64,000 nucleotides of DNA from an uncultured Acidobacteriota bacterium (GCA_963720545.1 OY970399.1:448001-512000), one strand, 5' to 3'. Numbered from the stretch's first letter, positions 32,644 through 42,250 are shown. Numbers and translations are program-made. Notes: a model not told the origin generated them from the letters alone.

Positions 32644-33219
32644 CTACTGCACGGGCGATGGCGACGGCGATGGCGACGTCGACGGCGAAGCCGGATCGCG
32701 GCGGTCCGGGCGGCGCGCGTCGCGGCCGTGCCGGCCATCGTAACGGCCGCCAGGAACCAGCAGGCGGCGAATGCGCGCCTCCACTTCGGCCTCGAACACC
32801 CGATATTTGGCGCGCTGCAACGGCGTCAGCGCCTGGTCGAGCGCCGCGATCGCCTTGCCAAGCCGCGCCGGGCCGTTCGTCTCGCTGTCCTGCACGGCAC
32901 GCAGCGCGTCCTCGACCGCCGCTTCGGTGGCGGTGCCGGAGGCGAGGATGTCGCGGAGCACCCGCAGCCGCGAGGCGCGCTCTTCGAAGAACTGGCGCCG
33001 CGAGGCCTGCACCTCGCGCACCAGCGGGACCGCGCGCGCGAACTCGTCGTCGGTGAGGCCAAGGCTCTCCTGGAGGTGGCGCTCGAGGTAGGCGTCGGCC
33101 AGACGGAACATGCCCTCGCGGTCGCGCGGGCGATGCGTTCCTTGCGGCGTGTCCGCGAACGCGGCGGGCGCCGCCAGCACCAGCAGCAGCAGCGCGCCGA
33201 GCGAGCGCGTGAGCGTCAC
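32644..33219 (-). CDS. Periplasmic Spy/CpxP-like helical protein
   Basis: Signal peptide, LGLTDDE and LTPLQRAK motifs; GTG start overlaps anti-sigma stop. Confidence 0.65.
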   Translation of the reverse strand: MTLTRSLGALLLLVLAAPAAFADTPQGTHRPRDREGMFRLADAYLERHLQESLGLTDDEFARAVPLVREVQASRRQFFEERASRLRVLRDILASGTATEAAVEDALRAVQDSETNGPARLGKAIAALDQALTPLQRAKYRVFEAEVEARIRRLLVPGGRYDGRHGRDARRPDRRDPASPSTSPSPSPSPVQ

Positions 33220-33746
33220 GAGGAACCGCCCAGTTCCGCTTGCAACTCGGTCCGGAAGTCGGAGGCTTCGTCGTCGTCGAGCGCGGCGGCGCACTCCTGC
33301 CAGGTGCGACAGGCGAGGTCCGCGAGTGCGTCGCCACCGGCAGCCCCCAGCCCTTCGATCACGCTCGTCGCGCTGTCCGTTTCCACCGGCGGCAGCGCCG
33401 ACCACGACGGCAGGACCGGTTGCGGCGCCGGCGCGTGCGCGACGGGCGCGGGGCGCACCAGCACGAAGGCCACCACCGCCGCGGCGGCGAGGGCGGGCCA
33501 CACGAGCGCACGGCGCACCGAGCGTTCGTGGTCGATGCGGCGCCGCACGCTGCCGCGCATCGCCTGCCAGTATTGCGGCGACGGCTCGGGAACCTCGGCA
33601 ACGGCGGCCGACTCCACCAGCTCGGTGAACGAGCGCACCTGGTCGCGGCAGTCGCCGCAGGCCGCGACGTGCTCGCCCGCATCCTCGGTGCTTCGTCCTT
33701 CGGCCGCGTCCACGACTTCCCCCTCCGACAGGTGACTGCGCCTCAC
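33216..33746 (-). CDS. Zinc-binding (ZAS) transmembrane anti-sigma factor
   Basis: HL..HVAACGDC (HxxxCxxC), TM; coupled to ECF sigma. Confidence 0.8.
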   Translation of the reverse strand: MRRSHLSEGEVVDAAEGRSTEDAGEHVAACGDCRDQVRSFTELVESAAVAEVPEPSPQYWQAMRGSVRRRIDHERSVRRALVWPALAAAAVVAFVLVRPAPVAHAPAPQPVLPSWSALPPVETDSATSVIEGLGAAGGDALADLACRTWQECAAALDDDEASDFRTELQAELGGSS

Positions 33747-34366
33747 AGGCTCGCCGCCTCGCCCCGCAGCAGCCGGCGCAGGTTGGCAAGCCCGTGAAAA
33801 AGGTTGGCCTTGACGGTGCCGACCGTCGCTCCCAGGATGTTCGCCACTTCCTCGTGAGTGAGGTCGTGGTAGACCTTGAGGATCACGGTCGCCTTCTGCT
33901 TCTCTGGAAGCCGGCTCACGGCCTCGCGCAGCACGCGGGCGCGCTCCGCGGCGAAGACTTCGTCCGCCGCAGACGGCTTGTGGTCGGCAAGACGTTCCGT
34001 CGCTTCTTCGGCAACAGCCTTGCGCGCGGCGCGGAAGTTGAGACAGGTGTTGATGCCGATGCGGTAGATCCAGGTGCGGAACGAGCTGTCGCCGCGAAAG
34101 CGCGCGAGCGCGCGATAGGCCTTGAGGAACACTTCCTGGGCCATGTCGTCGGCGTCCTGGTGATTGTTCACGTAGCGGTAGCACAGGCGGTACACGTCGC
34201 GCTGGTAGCGCGCCACCAGACGGTCGAATGCTTCGCGATCGCCGCTGCGGCTGGCCGCGATGTCTTTCGCGTCGTCGTCGCGCACGTGCGCGCGGGAGGT
34301 GTCCCCCCGCGCGTCGCTGATGGCGGCGCCGAACACTGCCGACAAGCCGGCCGCAAAGGTGGTCAA
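33743..34366 (-). CDS. ECF RNA polymerase sigma factor
   Basis: GDREAFDRLV, DADDMAQEVFLKAY, FRTWIYRI, GTVKANLF. Confidence 0.92.
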   Translation of the reverse strand: MTTFAAGLSAVFGAAISDARGDTSRAHVRDDDAKDIAASRSGDREAFDRLVARYQRDVYRLCYRYVNNHQDADDMAQEVFLKAYRALARFRGDSSFRTWIYRIGINTCLNFRAARKAVAEEATERLADHKPSAADEVFAAERARVLREAVSRLPEKQKATVILKVYHDLTHEEVANILGATVGTVKANLFHGLANLRRLLRGEAASL

Positions 34367-34378
34367 AGAGATCGGCTC

Positions 34379-34945
34379 CTACTGCTGTTGCTGCTGGTCC
34401 TGCGGAGGTGCCGAAGACGGCTGTCCGGACGGCGCCTCTCCGCCGCGTCGGAAATGGCGCCAGTGCCCGCGGCGGCCATGCCGCCCGCGCTCCGACTTGG
34501 CGGCCGCCAGCTTCGTGCGCTGTTCGGGCGTCAGGATCTGCTGGAAGGCGAGCCGCTGGTCGATGCGTGCCTCGAACGCCTGCGCACGCAGCTCGGACAC
34601 GACCTTCGCCTGCTCGGCGATGGCGCCGCGATCCGGTTCGGGCGCCGACATCAGCTTCTCGAGCGCATCGTTCGCCGCCTTGGTCCTCGTCCAGCCGTCC
34701 TTCATCGCGGTCATGTTCTTGTCATGAAGCGACTTCACTTCGCCCATCTGTGCGGTGCTCAACCCGAGTTCTTTCTGCAGCCACGCTTCGTGGCGGTCGC
34801 CGCGGTCCCCGCGGTCCCACTTGTCGCCGCTGTCGCCACTCGTCCCGGAAGCCTCCTGCGCCCGCACACCGAAGGCGAAACCCGCAACCATCGCCGCCGC
34901 GGCGCAAGCCGCGAGCGCCCACAACTTCAATCGACCAAGAGCCAT
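34379..34945 (-). CDS. Spy/CpxP-family periplasmic chaperone
   Basis: Signal peptide, LGLSTAQ and ILTPEQR (LTXXQ) motifs; GAGGAG SD. Confidence 0.82.
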   Translation of the reverse strand: MALGRLKLWALAACAAAAMVAGFAFGVRAQEASGTSGDSGDKWDRGDRGDRHEAWLQKELGLSTAQMGEVKSLHDKNMTAMKDGWTRTKAANDALEKLMSAPEPDRGAIAEQAKVVSELRAQAFEARIDQRLAFQQILTPEQRTKLAAAKSERGRHGRRGHWRHFRRGGEAPSGQPSSAPPQDQQQQQ

Positions 34946-34964
34946 AGCCGTTCTCCTCGTCATG

Positions 34965-37091
34965 TTAGACCGCGGGCCCGGCGGATCGGTTGAAGCGGAC
35001 GAGGGTGGCAAGAGCCGCTGCGAGTGGTGCCCGTCCGGCGAGCGTGAGGCTGGCCGTTCCGCAGCCGTCGAGGACGGTGAAGTCGGCCGACGCGCTTTCC
35101 GCGGTCACCGCGAGCGGCACATCCTCGGCGCCGCAGCCTGTCTTCACCTGCAACACGTCGCCAGCCGGCGGCGCCGAAAGGGGCGTCAGCGTGAGGGTCA
35201 GGCGGTAACGGCCCGGCGGCAGCGGCAGGCGCTCGGCGAGCGGCAGGCCAGCCGGTGCGCGGTGCGGCTCGTAGAGTGCGCCGGCGAGGGTCCAGTTTGC
35301 AGCGGCGCTTCGTGAAAAGGCCGAGCTCACGCCGAGGCGCACGGCCGGGCCGCCCACGACGCGCACCGCATCGCGCGCGCGGCTGCCTGGCGCGGGTGCC
35401 GCGAGCAGCGACGCTGCCGCGGCGAAGCCGGCGCATCCGGCGAGTGCGCCCGCCACCGGCCACGCACCCTCGCGCTGCGGCTCACGACGCGGCCAGGCGG
35501 CCGCCACGGCGAGCGCCGCGAGCCACAAGCCCGAAAGCTTCCAGCGGTCGGCAGCCGGAAGGACGAACCGCGGCAACACGTCGGTCCACTCGGCGGCGCC
35601 GGAAGCCGCGCGAAAGAACGCCGCCTCCCCCTGCCGGTCGCGGTGCATCAGGTCGGGCCGCCATGCGCCGGTGAGCCCGATCCACAACCCCCAGCCGGCA
35701 AGCAGGGCGCGCGGCGCGTTCCACTTTCCTGCAAGTGACGCGGCCAGGCCCAGGGCCATCGCCGGAAGCACCGGCACCAGCAGGCGCGCGGGCGGGTTGA
35801 AGCCGCCGCGCCACATCGTCCAGGCGCCCGCGCTCAAGAGCGCGGCGGCGATCAGGACCGCGCTGGTCGAGGCAGTCGGGCGTTCACGCCGCCACAACGA
35901 AGCGATCCCCAGCGGTACGAGCGCCAACACCGGCGCATAGATAAGGAGGCCGAATTCCTGATCGAGCAGCAGGCCGGGCACTCCCTCGAAAATCGATGCC
36001 AGCGCGAAGCGCGGGTGGCGGCCGAACACCCAGGCAGGATTCCAGAAGCCGTAGAGCCGCTCGTGATAGAGAACGATGGCGGCGAGCGAGAAAGCGCCGG
36101 CCGCTGCGGTGGTGATCCAGAGCAGGCGGCGTCGATGACTCAGCAGCACCGCCGCTGCGAGAATGGCGCTGAGCAGCGCGTAGCGAAAGTGCAGCCACGG
36201 CAGGAACGCAAGCGCGAAAGCCGCAGCGCCGAGCGACGCCGCCGACGGCCGCTTCGGGCTCACCACCAGCCGCAGCACAGTCGCGACGCAAAGCGCCGCG
36301 GGCACCTCTGTGAAGATGAGGCCCGCATAAGAAAGGAGGGGCGGCGAGAAGGCGACGAGCCACGCGGCCGCTTCCGCCGCCTCCGGTGGCACGACTGCGC
36401 GCAGCAGCGAGCGCACCTGCGCGACGAGCAGCACGCACAGCAGCGCCATGAAGTTGGATGCGGCGCCGTAGCCGCCGGCGAGAAATGCCGGTACGAGCAG
36501 CGCGGACAGGCCGATTGCATGCAGCGAGTAGATGACGCCGCCCTTGCCTCGCACGAGGTAGTGAGGCTCGAGCGGCGCTTCGTGATAGGTGCGATAGCGC
36601 CCGGCGGCGAAGTCGTTTTCGACGGCGAGGTCGCCATCGAGGATCAGGCTCTGCGCGACGATCAGGTAGTGCGGTTCGTCGCCTTGCGGGCCGACGAGCG
36701 CCTGGGTCCGATGCGCCGCACCGAGATAGAGCATCAGGCACGCGGGCAGCAGCGCGCGCGCTGCAGCGGCGCACCAGCTGCCGCGAAGCGACAGCAGGAC
36801 GGGGACGCCGGCCGCCGCGAAGAGCGGCGGTCCGGTGAGGAAGCGGAGCCCCGGAAGGAACGAGGCACCCAGAGCTATCGCGAGCACCGCCCACAGACCG
36901 TGCATCGGCCGGGGCGCACCAGGGTCGCGAGACGCCGCGAGCAGCCAGCCGACGACCGCGCCGAGGGCGGCTGCTGCCGGCGAAAAAGAGAACCAGACGC
37001 CGCCCGTATCGCTGGCAGCACCCCCGCCCGCCAGCCCAAGAACGGCGGCGAGCAGCAGCGATTCTGTGAGCGCCTCGCGATTGCGTGTCAT
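34965..37091 (-). CDS. GT-C-like polytopic membrane protein
   Basis: GDEPHY..QSL..DGDL, YS.H.IGL, GLLLDQEFGL..YAP, WRGG..PPAR. Confidence 0.7.
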   Translation of the reverse strand: MTRNREALTESLLLAAVLGLAGGGAASDTGGVWFSFSPAAAALGAVVGWLLAASRDPGAPRPMHGLWAVLAIALGASFLPGLRFLTGPPLFAAAGVPVLLSLRGSWCAAAARALLPACLMLYLGAAHRTQALVGPQGDEPHYLIVAQSLILDGDLAVENDFAAGRYRTYHEAPLEPHYLVRGKGGVIYSLHAIGLSALLVPAFLAGGYGAASNFMALLCVLLVAQVRSLLRAVVPPEAAEAAAWLVAFSPPLLSYAGLIFTEVPAALCVATVLRLVVSPKRPSAASLGAAAFALAFLPWLHFRYALLSAILAAAVLLSHRRRLLWITTAAAGAFSLAAIVLYHERLYGFWNPAWVFGRHPRFALASIFEGVPGLLLDQEFGLLIYAPVLALVPLGIASLWRRERPTASTSAVLIAAALLSAGAWTMWRGGFNPPARLLVPVLPAMALGLAASLAGKWNAPRALLAGWGLWIGLTGAWRPDLMHRDRQGEAAFFRAASGAAEWTDVLPRFVLPAADRWKLSGLWLAALAVAAAWPRREPQREGAWPVAGALAGCAGFAAAASLLAAPAPGSRARDAVRVVGGPAVRLGVSSAFSRSAAANWTLAGALYEPHRAPAGLPLAERLPLPPGRYRLTLTLTPLSAPPAGDVLQVKTGCGAEDVPLAVTAESASADFTVLDGCGTASLTLAGRAPLAAALATLVRFNRSAGPAV

Positions 37092-37123
37092 CGGCCGCTG
37101 GCGATTCTCCTAGAATCAAGGCA

Positions 37124-37972
37124 ATGGCTCGACTGTGCCTCTTCTGGGCCGCCTTTTGCATGGTGTTTCTGGGCGGCAGCGTGCGCGCCGACGAGGTGTG
37201 GCTGAAGGGCGGCGGCAAGCTCGACGGTGAAGTGGTCGAGACGACCGCCACCTACGTGGTCGTCGAGACGGCGCCCGGCCGCGTGCGGCTGCCGCTCACC
37301 CGCGTCCTGCGCATCGTCAAGACGCGCTCGCCGCTCGCCAACTACCGCGGCATGTCCGGCGGCGTCGCGAGCAACGACGTCGAGGGCTGGCTGGCGCTCG
37401 CGCGCTGGGCGCACGCGAACCAGCTCGACACCCAGGCGCGCCAGGCCTATGAACGGGCCGCGACTCTCGACCCATCGCGCGCCGAGGCACAGCTGGCACT
37501 CGGCAACGTCCTCTATGACGGCCGCTGGATGACGTCCGAAGACAGCTATCGCGCGCGCGGCCTCGTCAACTTCGAAGGCGCGTGGCTGTCGAGCGCCGAG
37601 GTGTCCGCGCGCCTTGCGGAGCGCGCCGCGCGCCGCGAAGCGCAGACTCGCGAGCAGGAAGCGGCGGCGCGCCGCGCCGAGGCCGACGCGAAGGCGCGGC
37701 TCGCGGAAGCCAAGGCGCGCCAGGCGCAGGCGGAGGCAGGCTATTGGCCGGCCTACGGCGGCGTCATCATTCCCTGGCCGTACCAGCCATGCTGCGGGCA
37801 GCCGCACGCTCCGGGATTTTGTCCGTACTCGACGCGCACCGTGATCCGCCCCGTGCCGCCGCGTGCCATGCCGAACCCTCAGCCCCAGCCGCCGCGGCAG
37901 CAGCCACAGCCCCAGCCGCGCGCCCGCCCGCAGACGCAAAGCGGTGCCCGCGCCGGGGTGGTTCGCCACTAG
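37124..37972 (+). CDS. Secreted hypothetical protein with TPR-like segment and Pro/Gln tail
   Basis: Signal peptide, DEVWLKGGGKLDGEV, LARWA..LDP..AEA..ALG..DGRW. Confidence 0.7.
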   Translation: MARLCLFWAAFCMVFLGGSVRADEVWLKGGGKLDGEVVETTATYVVVETAPGRVRLPLTRVLRIVKTRSPLANYRGMSGGVASNDVEGWLALARWAHANQLDTQARQAYERAATLDPSRAEAQLALGNVLYDGRWMTSEDSYRARGLVNFEGAWLSSAEVSARLAERAARREAQTREQEAAARRAEADAKARLAEAKARQAQAEAGYWPAYGGVIIPWPYQPCCGQPHAPGFCPYSTRTVIRPVPPRAMPNPQPQPPRQQPQPQPRARPQTQSGARAGVVRH

Positions 37973-38027
37973 CGGTTGCTTTTCGCCTTTCCTTCGCCTA
38001 GAGTGAAGGCGGAGCGGAGGGCCACAG

Positions 38028-38633
38028 ATGTACGTCACGCGCCGGCAGAAGGAAATTCTCGACTACCTGTCGCGGCACATCACGCGCCATGGCTACGCGC
38101 CCACCATCGAGGAAATCGGGGGCCACTTCGGGCTCGCTTCCCTCGCCACTGTGCACAAGCACCTTTCGAACCTGCAGCAGAAGGGACTCATCAAGCGCGA
38201 GTGGAACCGCAGCCGCGCGCTCGAGCTCGTCGGCACCGACATGTCGGCGGCCGCGGTCGAGGTGCCGCTCCTCGGCCGGGTCGCGGCCGGCTCGCCCATC
38301 GAAGCCATCGAGTCGCGCGAGACGATCGCGATCCCGAAAGACATGGTGGGGCGCAGCGACACCTACGTGCTGCAGGTGAAGGGCGACTCGATGATCGACG
38401 AGCAGATCCGCGACGGCGACTACGTGATCGTCGAGAACCGCAAGAGCGCCCGCGACGGCGAAATGGTCATAGCACTCCTTTCGGGCGACAACGTCACCCT
38501 CAAGAAGCTGTACCGCGAGCGTGGCGGCAAGGTGCGACTGCAGCCGGCCAACGCGCGCATGAAGCCGCTGCTGGTGGCGGCCGACGACGTGCGCGTGCAG
38601 GGCGTCGTTGTGGGAGTGCTGCGCCGCTACTGA
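38028..38633 (+). CDS. lexA: SOS repressor LexA
   Basis: TRRQKEIL..PTIEEI wHTH; VAAG cleavage site; GDSM Ser; TLKK Lys. Confidence 0.96.
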   Translation: MYVTRRQKEILDYLSRHITRHGYAPTIEEIGGHFGLASLATVHKHLSNLQQKGLIKREWNRSRALELVGTDMSAAAVEVPLLGRVAAGSPIEAIESRETIAIPKDMVGRSDTYVLQVKGDSMIDEQIRDGDYVIVENRKSARDGEMVIALLSGDNVTLKKLYRERGGKVRLQPANARMKPLLVAADDVRVQGVVVGVLRRY

Positions 38634-38679
38634 CCGTCATTCTGCGGCTGCTTCCCCCTAGACTAAGCCTCGAGGGATC

Positions 38680-38988
38680 ATGGAAGAACAGAAGAAGGAC
38701 ACGGTCAACTTCACGATAGTGCCCGACGACAATCCGGCGGTGGCGCGCGTCTACAGCAACTTCTGCGCGGTGCAGAACACACCCTTCGACTTCACCCTCA
38801 GCTTTTGCGAGATGCTGCCGCTCGGCGAACGCGAGGTGCGCTCGGCCCAGGAGCAGCAGGTGGTGAAGGCGCCGGTGCGGGCGCGCATCGTGTTGCCGGT
38901 GCAGATGGTCCCGGGCCTGATCGCCGCCCTTCAGGAGAATTTCCGGCTCTATCAGGAATCTCTCGGACCGCAGGGCCCGCTTCACTAA
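38680..38988 (+). CDS. DUF3467-family protein
   Basis: VYSNF..V..TPFDFTLSF..VRARIVLP..LIAALQEN..Y..G. Confidence 0.8.
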   Translation: MEEQKKDTVNFTIVPDDNPAVARVYSNFCAVQNTPFDFTLSFCEMLPLGEREVRSAQEQQVVKAPVRARIVLPVQMVPGLIAALQENFRLYQESLGPQGPLH

Positions 38989-39053
38989 ATGTCATATTTT
39001 GTTGCCCCTGGGAGCGGACCCGGCATGGCTGGGCGTGGTCCTAAGCTGGGTTC

Positions 39054-40139
39054 GTGAAAGGGCAGAAACCGAGGCCGCGGACCATACTCCACGTCGATCT
39101 CGACCCGTTCGTCGTCTCGGTGGAGCGCAGCCTCGACAAGTCGCTGCGCGGCGTGCCGGTCATCATCGGCCCGCTCGACGGCCAGGTGGCTGCCGCCAGT
39201 TCGGAAGCCCACCTCATGGGAGTACGCGCCGGCCAGCCTGTGGCGAAGGCCCTGCAGTTGTGCCCGCACGGCGCGGTCCGGCCGGGCGATCTCGAGGCCT
39301 ATGCGCGGGTCAGCGAACAGGTGTCTTCCATTCTGGCGAGCGTCAGCCGCCGGGTCGAACGCGCCTCCGCCGACGAAGCCACCCTCGACCTCACGCCCGA
39401 AGGTGCCCTGGCCGGCCGCCAGCCGGCGGCCGTCGCCGAATCGCTGAAAGACCGGCTGCAGCAGCAGCTTGGCCTCGACGCTTCGTTCGGCCTCGCCGGT
39501 TCGCGGCTCGCGGCCCGCGCTGCTTCACGTTTCGCCCGGCCACGCGGCCTGCTCATCGTGCTGCCCGGCTACGAGCGCCTGTTTCTCGACTCGCAGCCGC
39601 TCGACCTCCTGGGCGACATGCCGGCGCACGTCGAAAAGCTGCTGCTCGAGGCCGGCGTCACCACCATGGGGCACCTGCTCGCCCACGACGAAGACAGCCT
39701 CTCGGCAATCGTCGGGCCGCAGGTTGCGCCGCGCCTGCTGCGCACCGCCCGCGGCGAGGCCGAGGACCCCATCGCCGTCAGCGCGCCGCCGGCATGGGTG
39801 CACGAGGAGGCGGTGGTGCGAGATCCGCGCTCCGACGCTTCCATCCTGGTCGAGCTCGCCTCCGAGCTTGCGGTGCAGTGCTGCCGCCGGCTTCGGCCGC
39901 ACGACCTCGCGGTTGGGTCCATCGCGGTCGAGGTGGAGGGGCGCGAAGGCGCGGCCCGCCGCCAGCAAGACCTGGCGCCTGCCACCGCCGACGAAACCGT
40001 GGCGCGGCGCGTCGCGGCCGGCCTCACCGCGGCGCTCCTCGAACAGGGCCGCCGCGTGCGCCGCATCGAGGTGCGGTTCAGCCGGCTCGCACCGCGCGAT
40101 TCGCAGGTGCCGCTCTTTCCCGAAGCTTCGGGCAGCTGA
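39054..40139 (+). CDS. Y-family DNA polymerase, DinB-like with altered motifs
   Basis: ILHVDLDPFVVSVE, PVII, A.QLCP, SADEATLDL, KPRG-like RPRG, little-finger-like C-terminus. Confidence 0.85.
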   Translation: MKGQKPRPRTILHVDLDPFVVSVERSLDKSLRGVPVIIGPLDGQVAAASSEAHLMGVRAGQPVAKALQLCPHGAVRPGDLEAYARVSEQVSSILASVSRRVERASADEATLDLTPEGALAGRQPAAVAESLKDRLQQQLGLDASFGLAGSRLAARAASRFARPRGLLIVLPGYERLFLDSQPLDLLGDMPAHVEKLLLEAGVTTMGHLLAHDEDSLSAIVGPQVAPRLLRTARGEAEDPIAVSAPPAWVHEEAVVRDPRSDASILVELASELAVQCCRRLRPHDLAVGSIAVEVEGREGAARRQQDLAPATADETVARRVAAGLTAALLEQGRRVRRIEVRFSRLAPRDSQVPLFPEASGS

Positions 40140-40160
40140 CAAGCTAAACTCCGGCTCGCC

Positions 40161-40919
40161 ATGCCGGTCCCCTCCAGGCGCCGCCAGCGGAAGCCCGCGC
40201 ACGCGCCTTCGCCGCAGTTCGCCGCAGCCGTCCTCGACACTCTGGAAAGCGTCTATCCCGAGGCCGACACGGCACTCGCCTACCGCAATCCGTTCGAGCT
40301 GGTCATCGCCACTATCCTCTCAGCGCAGTGCACCGATGAGCGCGTCAACATGGTGACGCCGGTGCTGTTCGGCCGCTACCAGACGCCGCTCGACCTCGCG
40401 AGCGCGCGGCCCGCCGACGTCGAGGCCATCATCAGGTCCACCGGCTTTTTCCGCGCCAAGGCGAAGAGCATCATCGGCTGCGCGCAGGCCCTGGTCGCCG
40501 ACCACGCCGGCGCGGTGCCGGCGACGATGGAGGCGATGGTCAAGCTGCCGGGCGTCGGGCGCAAGACCGCGAACGTGGTCCTGGGCCACGCGTTCGGCAT
40601 CGCCGAGGGCATAGCGGTGGACACCCACGTCAACCGCGTGTCGAACCGCGTCGGCCTGGCGCACGGCGAGGATCCGATCGAGATCGAGAAGCAGCTGATG
40701 GCTCTCATCCCGCAGGAGCGCTGGACCAAGACCACCGACCTGATGATCCAGCACGGCCGGAAGATCTGCGACGCGCGCCGCCCGCGCTGCGGCACCTGCC
40801 CGATCTTCGGCCTCTGCCGCTGGGAGCTGCGGCAGGCCTACGCCCATCCGGGAGCGGTGTCGCCCTCCACGCCGCGGCCACGCAGCCGCCCGGTCCTCTT
40901 GCGGCGCGTCAAACGGTGA
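40161..40919 (+). CDS. nth: Endonuclease III
   Basis: LSAQCTDERVN, LPGVGRKTAN, VDTHV, C-x6-C-x2-C-x5-C. Confidence 0.96.
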   Translation: MPVPSRRRQRKPAHAPSPQFAAAVLDTLESVYPEADTALAYRNPFELVIATILSAQCTDERVNMVTPVLFGRYQTPLDLASARPADVEAIIRSTGFFRAKAKSIIGCAQALVADHAGAVPATMEAMVKLPGVGRKTANVVLGHAFGIAEGIAVDTHVNRVSNRVGLAHGEDPIEIEKQLMALIPQERWTKTTDLMIQHGRKICDARRPRCGTCPIFGLCRWELRQAYAHPGAVSPSTPRPRSRPVLLRRVKR

Positions 40920-41743
40920 CGACGACTCCTTTTCTTGCCGCCGTCGTCCAGATGACGTCCGGCGAAGACTCCGCCCGCAACCTGGCGCGCGCCAAGGCGC
41001 TGCTCGACGAAGGCGTCGGCCGTGGTGCAACGCTCCTCGGCCTGCCGGAGAACTTCGCGTACCTGCGCACCGAGGGCAGCGCCATGCCCGCGCCACAGGC
41101 GCTCGACGGCGAGTGGGCGCAGTGGGCGGCCGCGTATGCGCGCGACAACGAGGTCACGCTCATCGCGGGCACCATTGCGGAGGCTTCGGCCGATCCTGCC
41201 GAGCGGCGGCCGAGCAACACGTCGCTCGTCTTCGGCCCCGACGGTGCGCGGCTCGGCGTCTACCGCAAGCTGCACCTCTTCGACATCGACGTGCCCGGCA
41301 TGGAGCACCTCAAGGAATCGAAAGGCGTCGCGCCCGGCGGCGAAGTCGTGGTAGCGCAGGCTCCGCAGTGCCGCATCGGCCTCTCAATCTGCTACGACGT
41401 ACGCTTCCCCGAGCTCTATCGACGGCTCATAGACCAGGGCGCCGACGTCCTGGCCGTGCCGTCGGCGTTCACCGAACGCACCGGCCGTGACCACTGGGAG
41501 CTGCTGCTGCGGGCGCGTGCCGCCGAGAACCTCGCCCATGTCCTGGCTCCGGCGCAGTACGGCAAGCACGCGCCCAACCGCGCCTCTTTCGGCCACGCCC
41601 TCATCGCCGGACCTTGGGGCGAGGTGCTCGCCCAGGTTCCAGACGGCGAGGGCATCGCGGTTGCGGCCATCGACCTCGAGCGCCAGGCGCGCCTGCGGCG
41701 CGAGTTGCCGGCGCTTTCGCACCGCCGCCGCGACCTCCTTTGA
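40916..41743 (+). CDS. Carbon-nitrogen hydrolase (Nit1/deaminated glutathione amidase-like)
   Basis: LPEN, YRKLHLFD, ICYDVRFPE, TGRDHWELLLRARA. Confidence 0.9.
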   Translation: MTTTPFLAAVVQMTSGEDSARNLARAKALLDEGVGRGATLLGLPENFAYLRTEGSAMPAPQALDGEWAQWAAAYARDNEVTLIAGTIAEASADPAERRPSNTSLVFGPDGARLGVYRKLHLFDIDVPGMEHLKESKGVAPGGEVVVAQAPQCRIGLSICYDVRFPELYRRLIDQGADVLAVPSAFTERTGRDHWELLLRARAAENLAHVLAPAQYGKHAPNRASFGHALIAGPWGEVLAQVPDGEGIAVAAIDLERQARLRRELPALSHRRRDLL

Positions 41744-41768
41744 CTGTTTAGGCACAGTCACTTAGAAT
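41740..41768 (+). promoter_or_regulatory. sigma70-type promoter of rplM operon
   Basis: TTGACT-17 bp-TAGAAT. Confidence 0.75.
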
Positions 41769-41794
41769 CGGCTTTTGTGTTTTCCGGAGAGGTC

Positions 41795-42238
41795 ATGACG
41801 AGCAGCAGTAGCAGCTACATCCCCAAGGGCGACCACATCGACCGCGACTGGTACATCGTCGACGCCAAGGACCAGGTCCTCGGCAAGGTTGCCGTGCTCG
41901 TGGCCACCCTGCTGAGCGGCAAGCGCAAGCCCACCTACACGCAGTTTCGCGACATGGGCGACCACGTGGTGGTGATCAACGCGGCCTCGGTGCACCTCAC
42001 CGGCAAGAAGGAAGAGATCAAGAACTACTACAACTACTCGGGCTATCCAGGCGGCATGAAGGCGCAGAACGCCGGCGAGGTGCGCGCGAAGCGCCCCGCC
42101 AAGCTCATCGAGGTCGCGGTTCGCGGGATGCTCCCGAAGACCCGCCTCGGCGAGGCCATGTACCGCAAGCTCCGGGTCTACGCGGGCGACGTGCACCCGC
42201 ACACCGCGCACAAGCCCAAGCCGCTGCCGGTTCGGTAA
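41795..42238 (+). CDS. rplM: 50S ribosomal protein L13
   Basis: WYIVDA..LG, GKRKPTYT, GDHVVVINA, SGYPGG, VRGMLPK. Confidence 0.97.
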   Translation: MTSSSSSYIPKGDHIDRDWYIVDAKDQVLGKVAVLVATLLSGKRKPTYTQFRDMGDHVVVINAASVHLTGKKEEIKNYYNYSGYPGGMKAQNAGEVRAKRPAKLIEVAVRGMLPKTRLGEAMYRKLRVYAGDVHPHTAHKPKPLPVR

Positions 42239-42250
42239 CAGGAGACTTCT

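Noticed and set aside
32655..32690. GGCGAT/GGCGAC hexamer repeats
   Set aside because: Encode the Ser-Pro tail of the Spy-like protein
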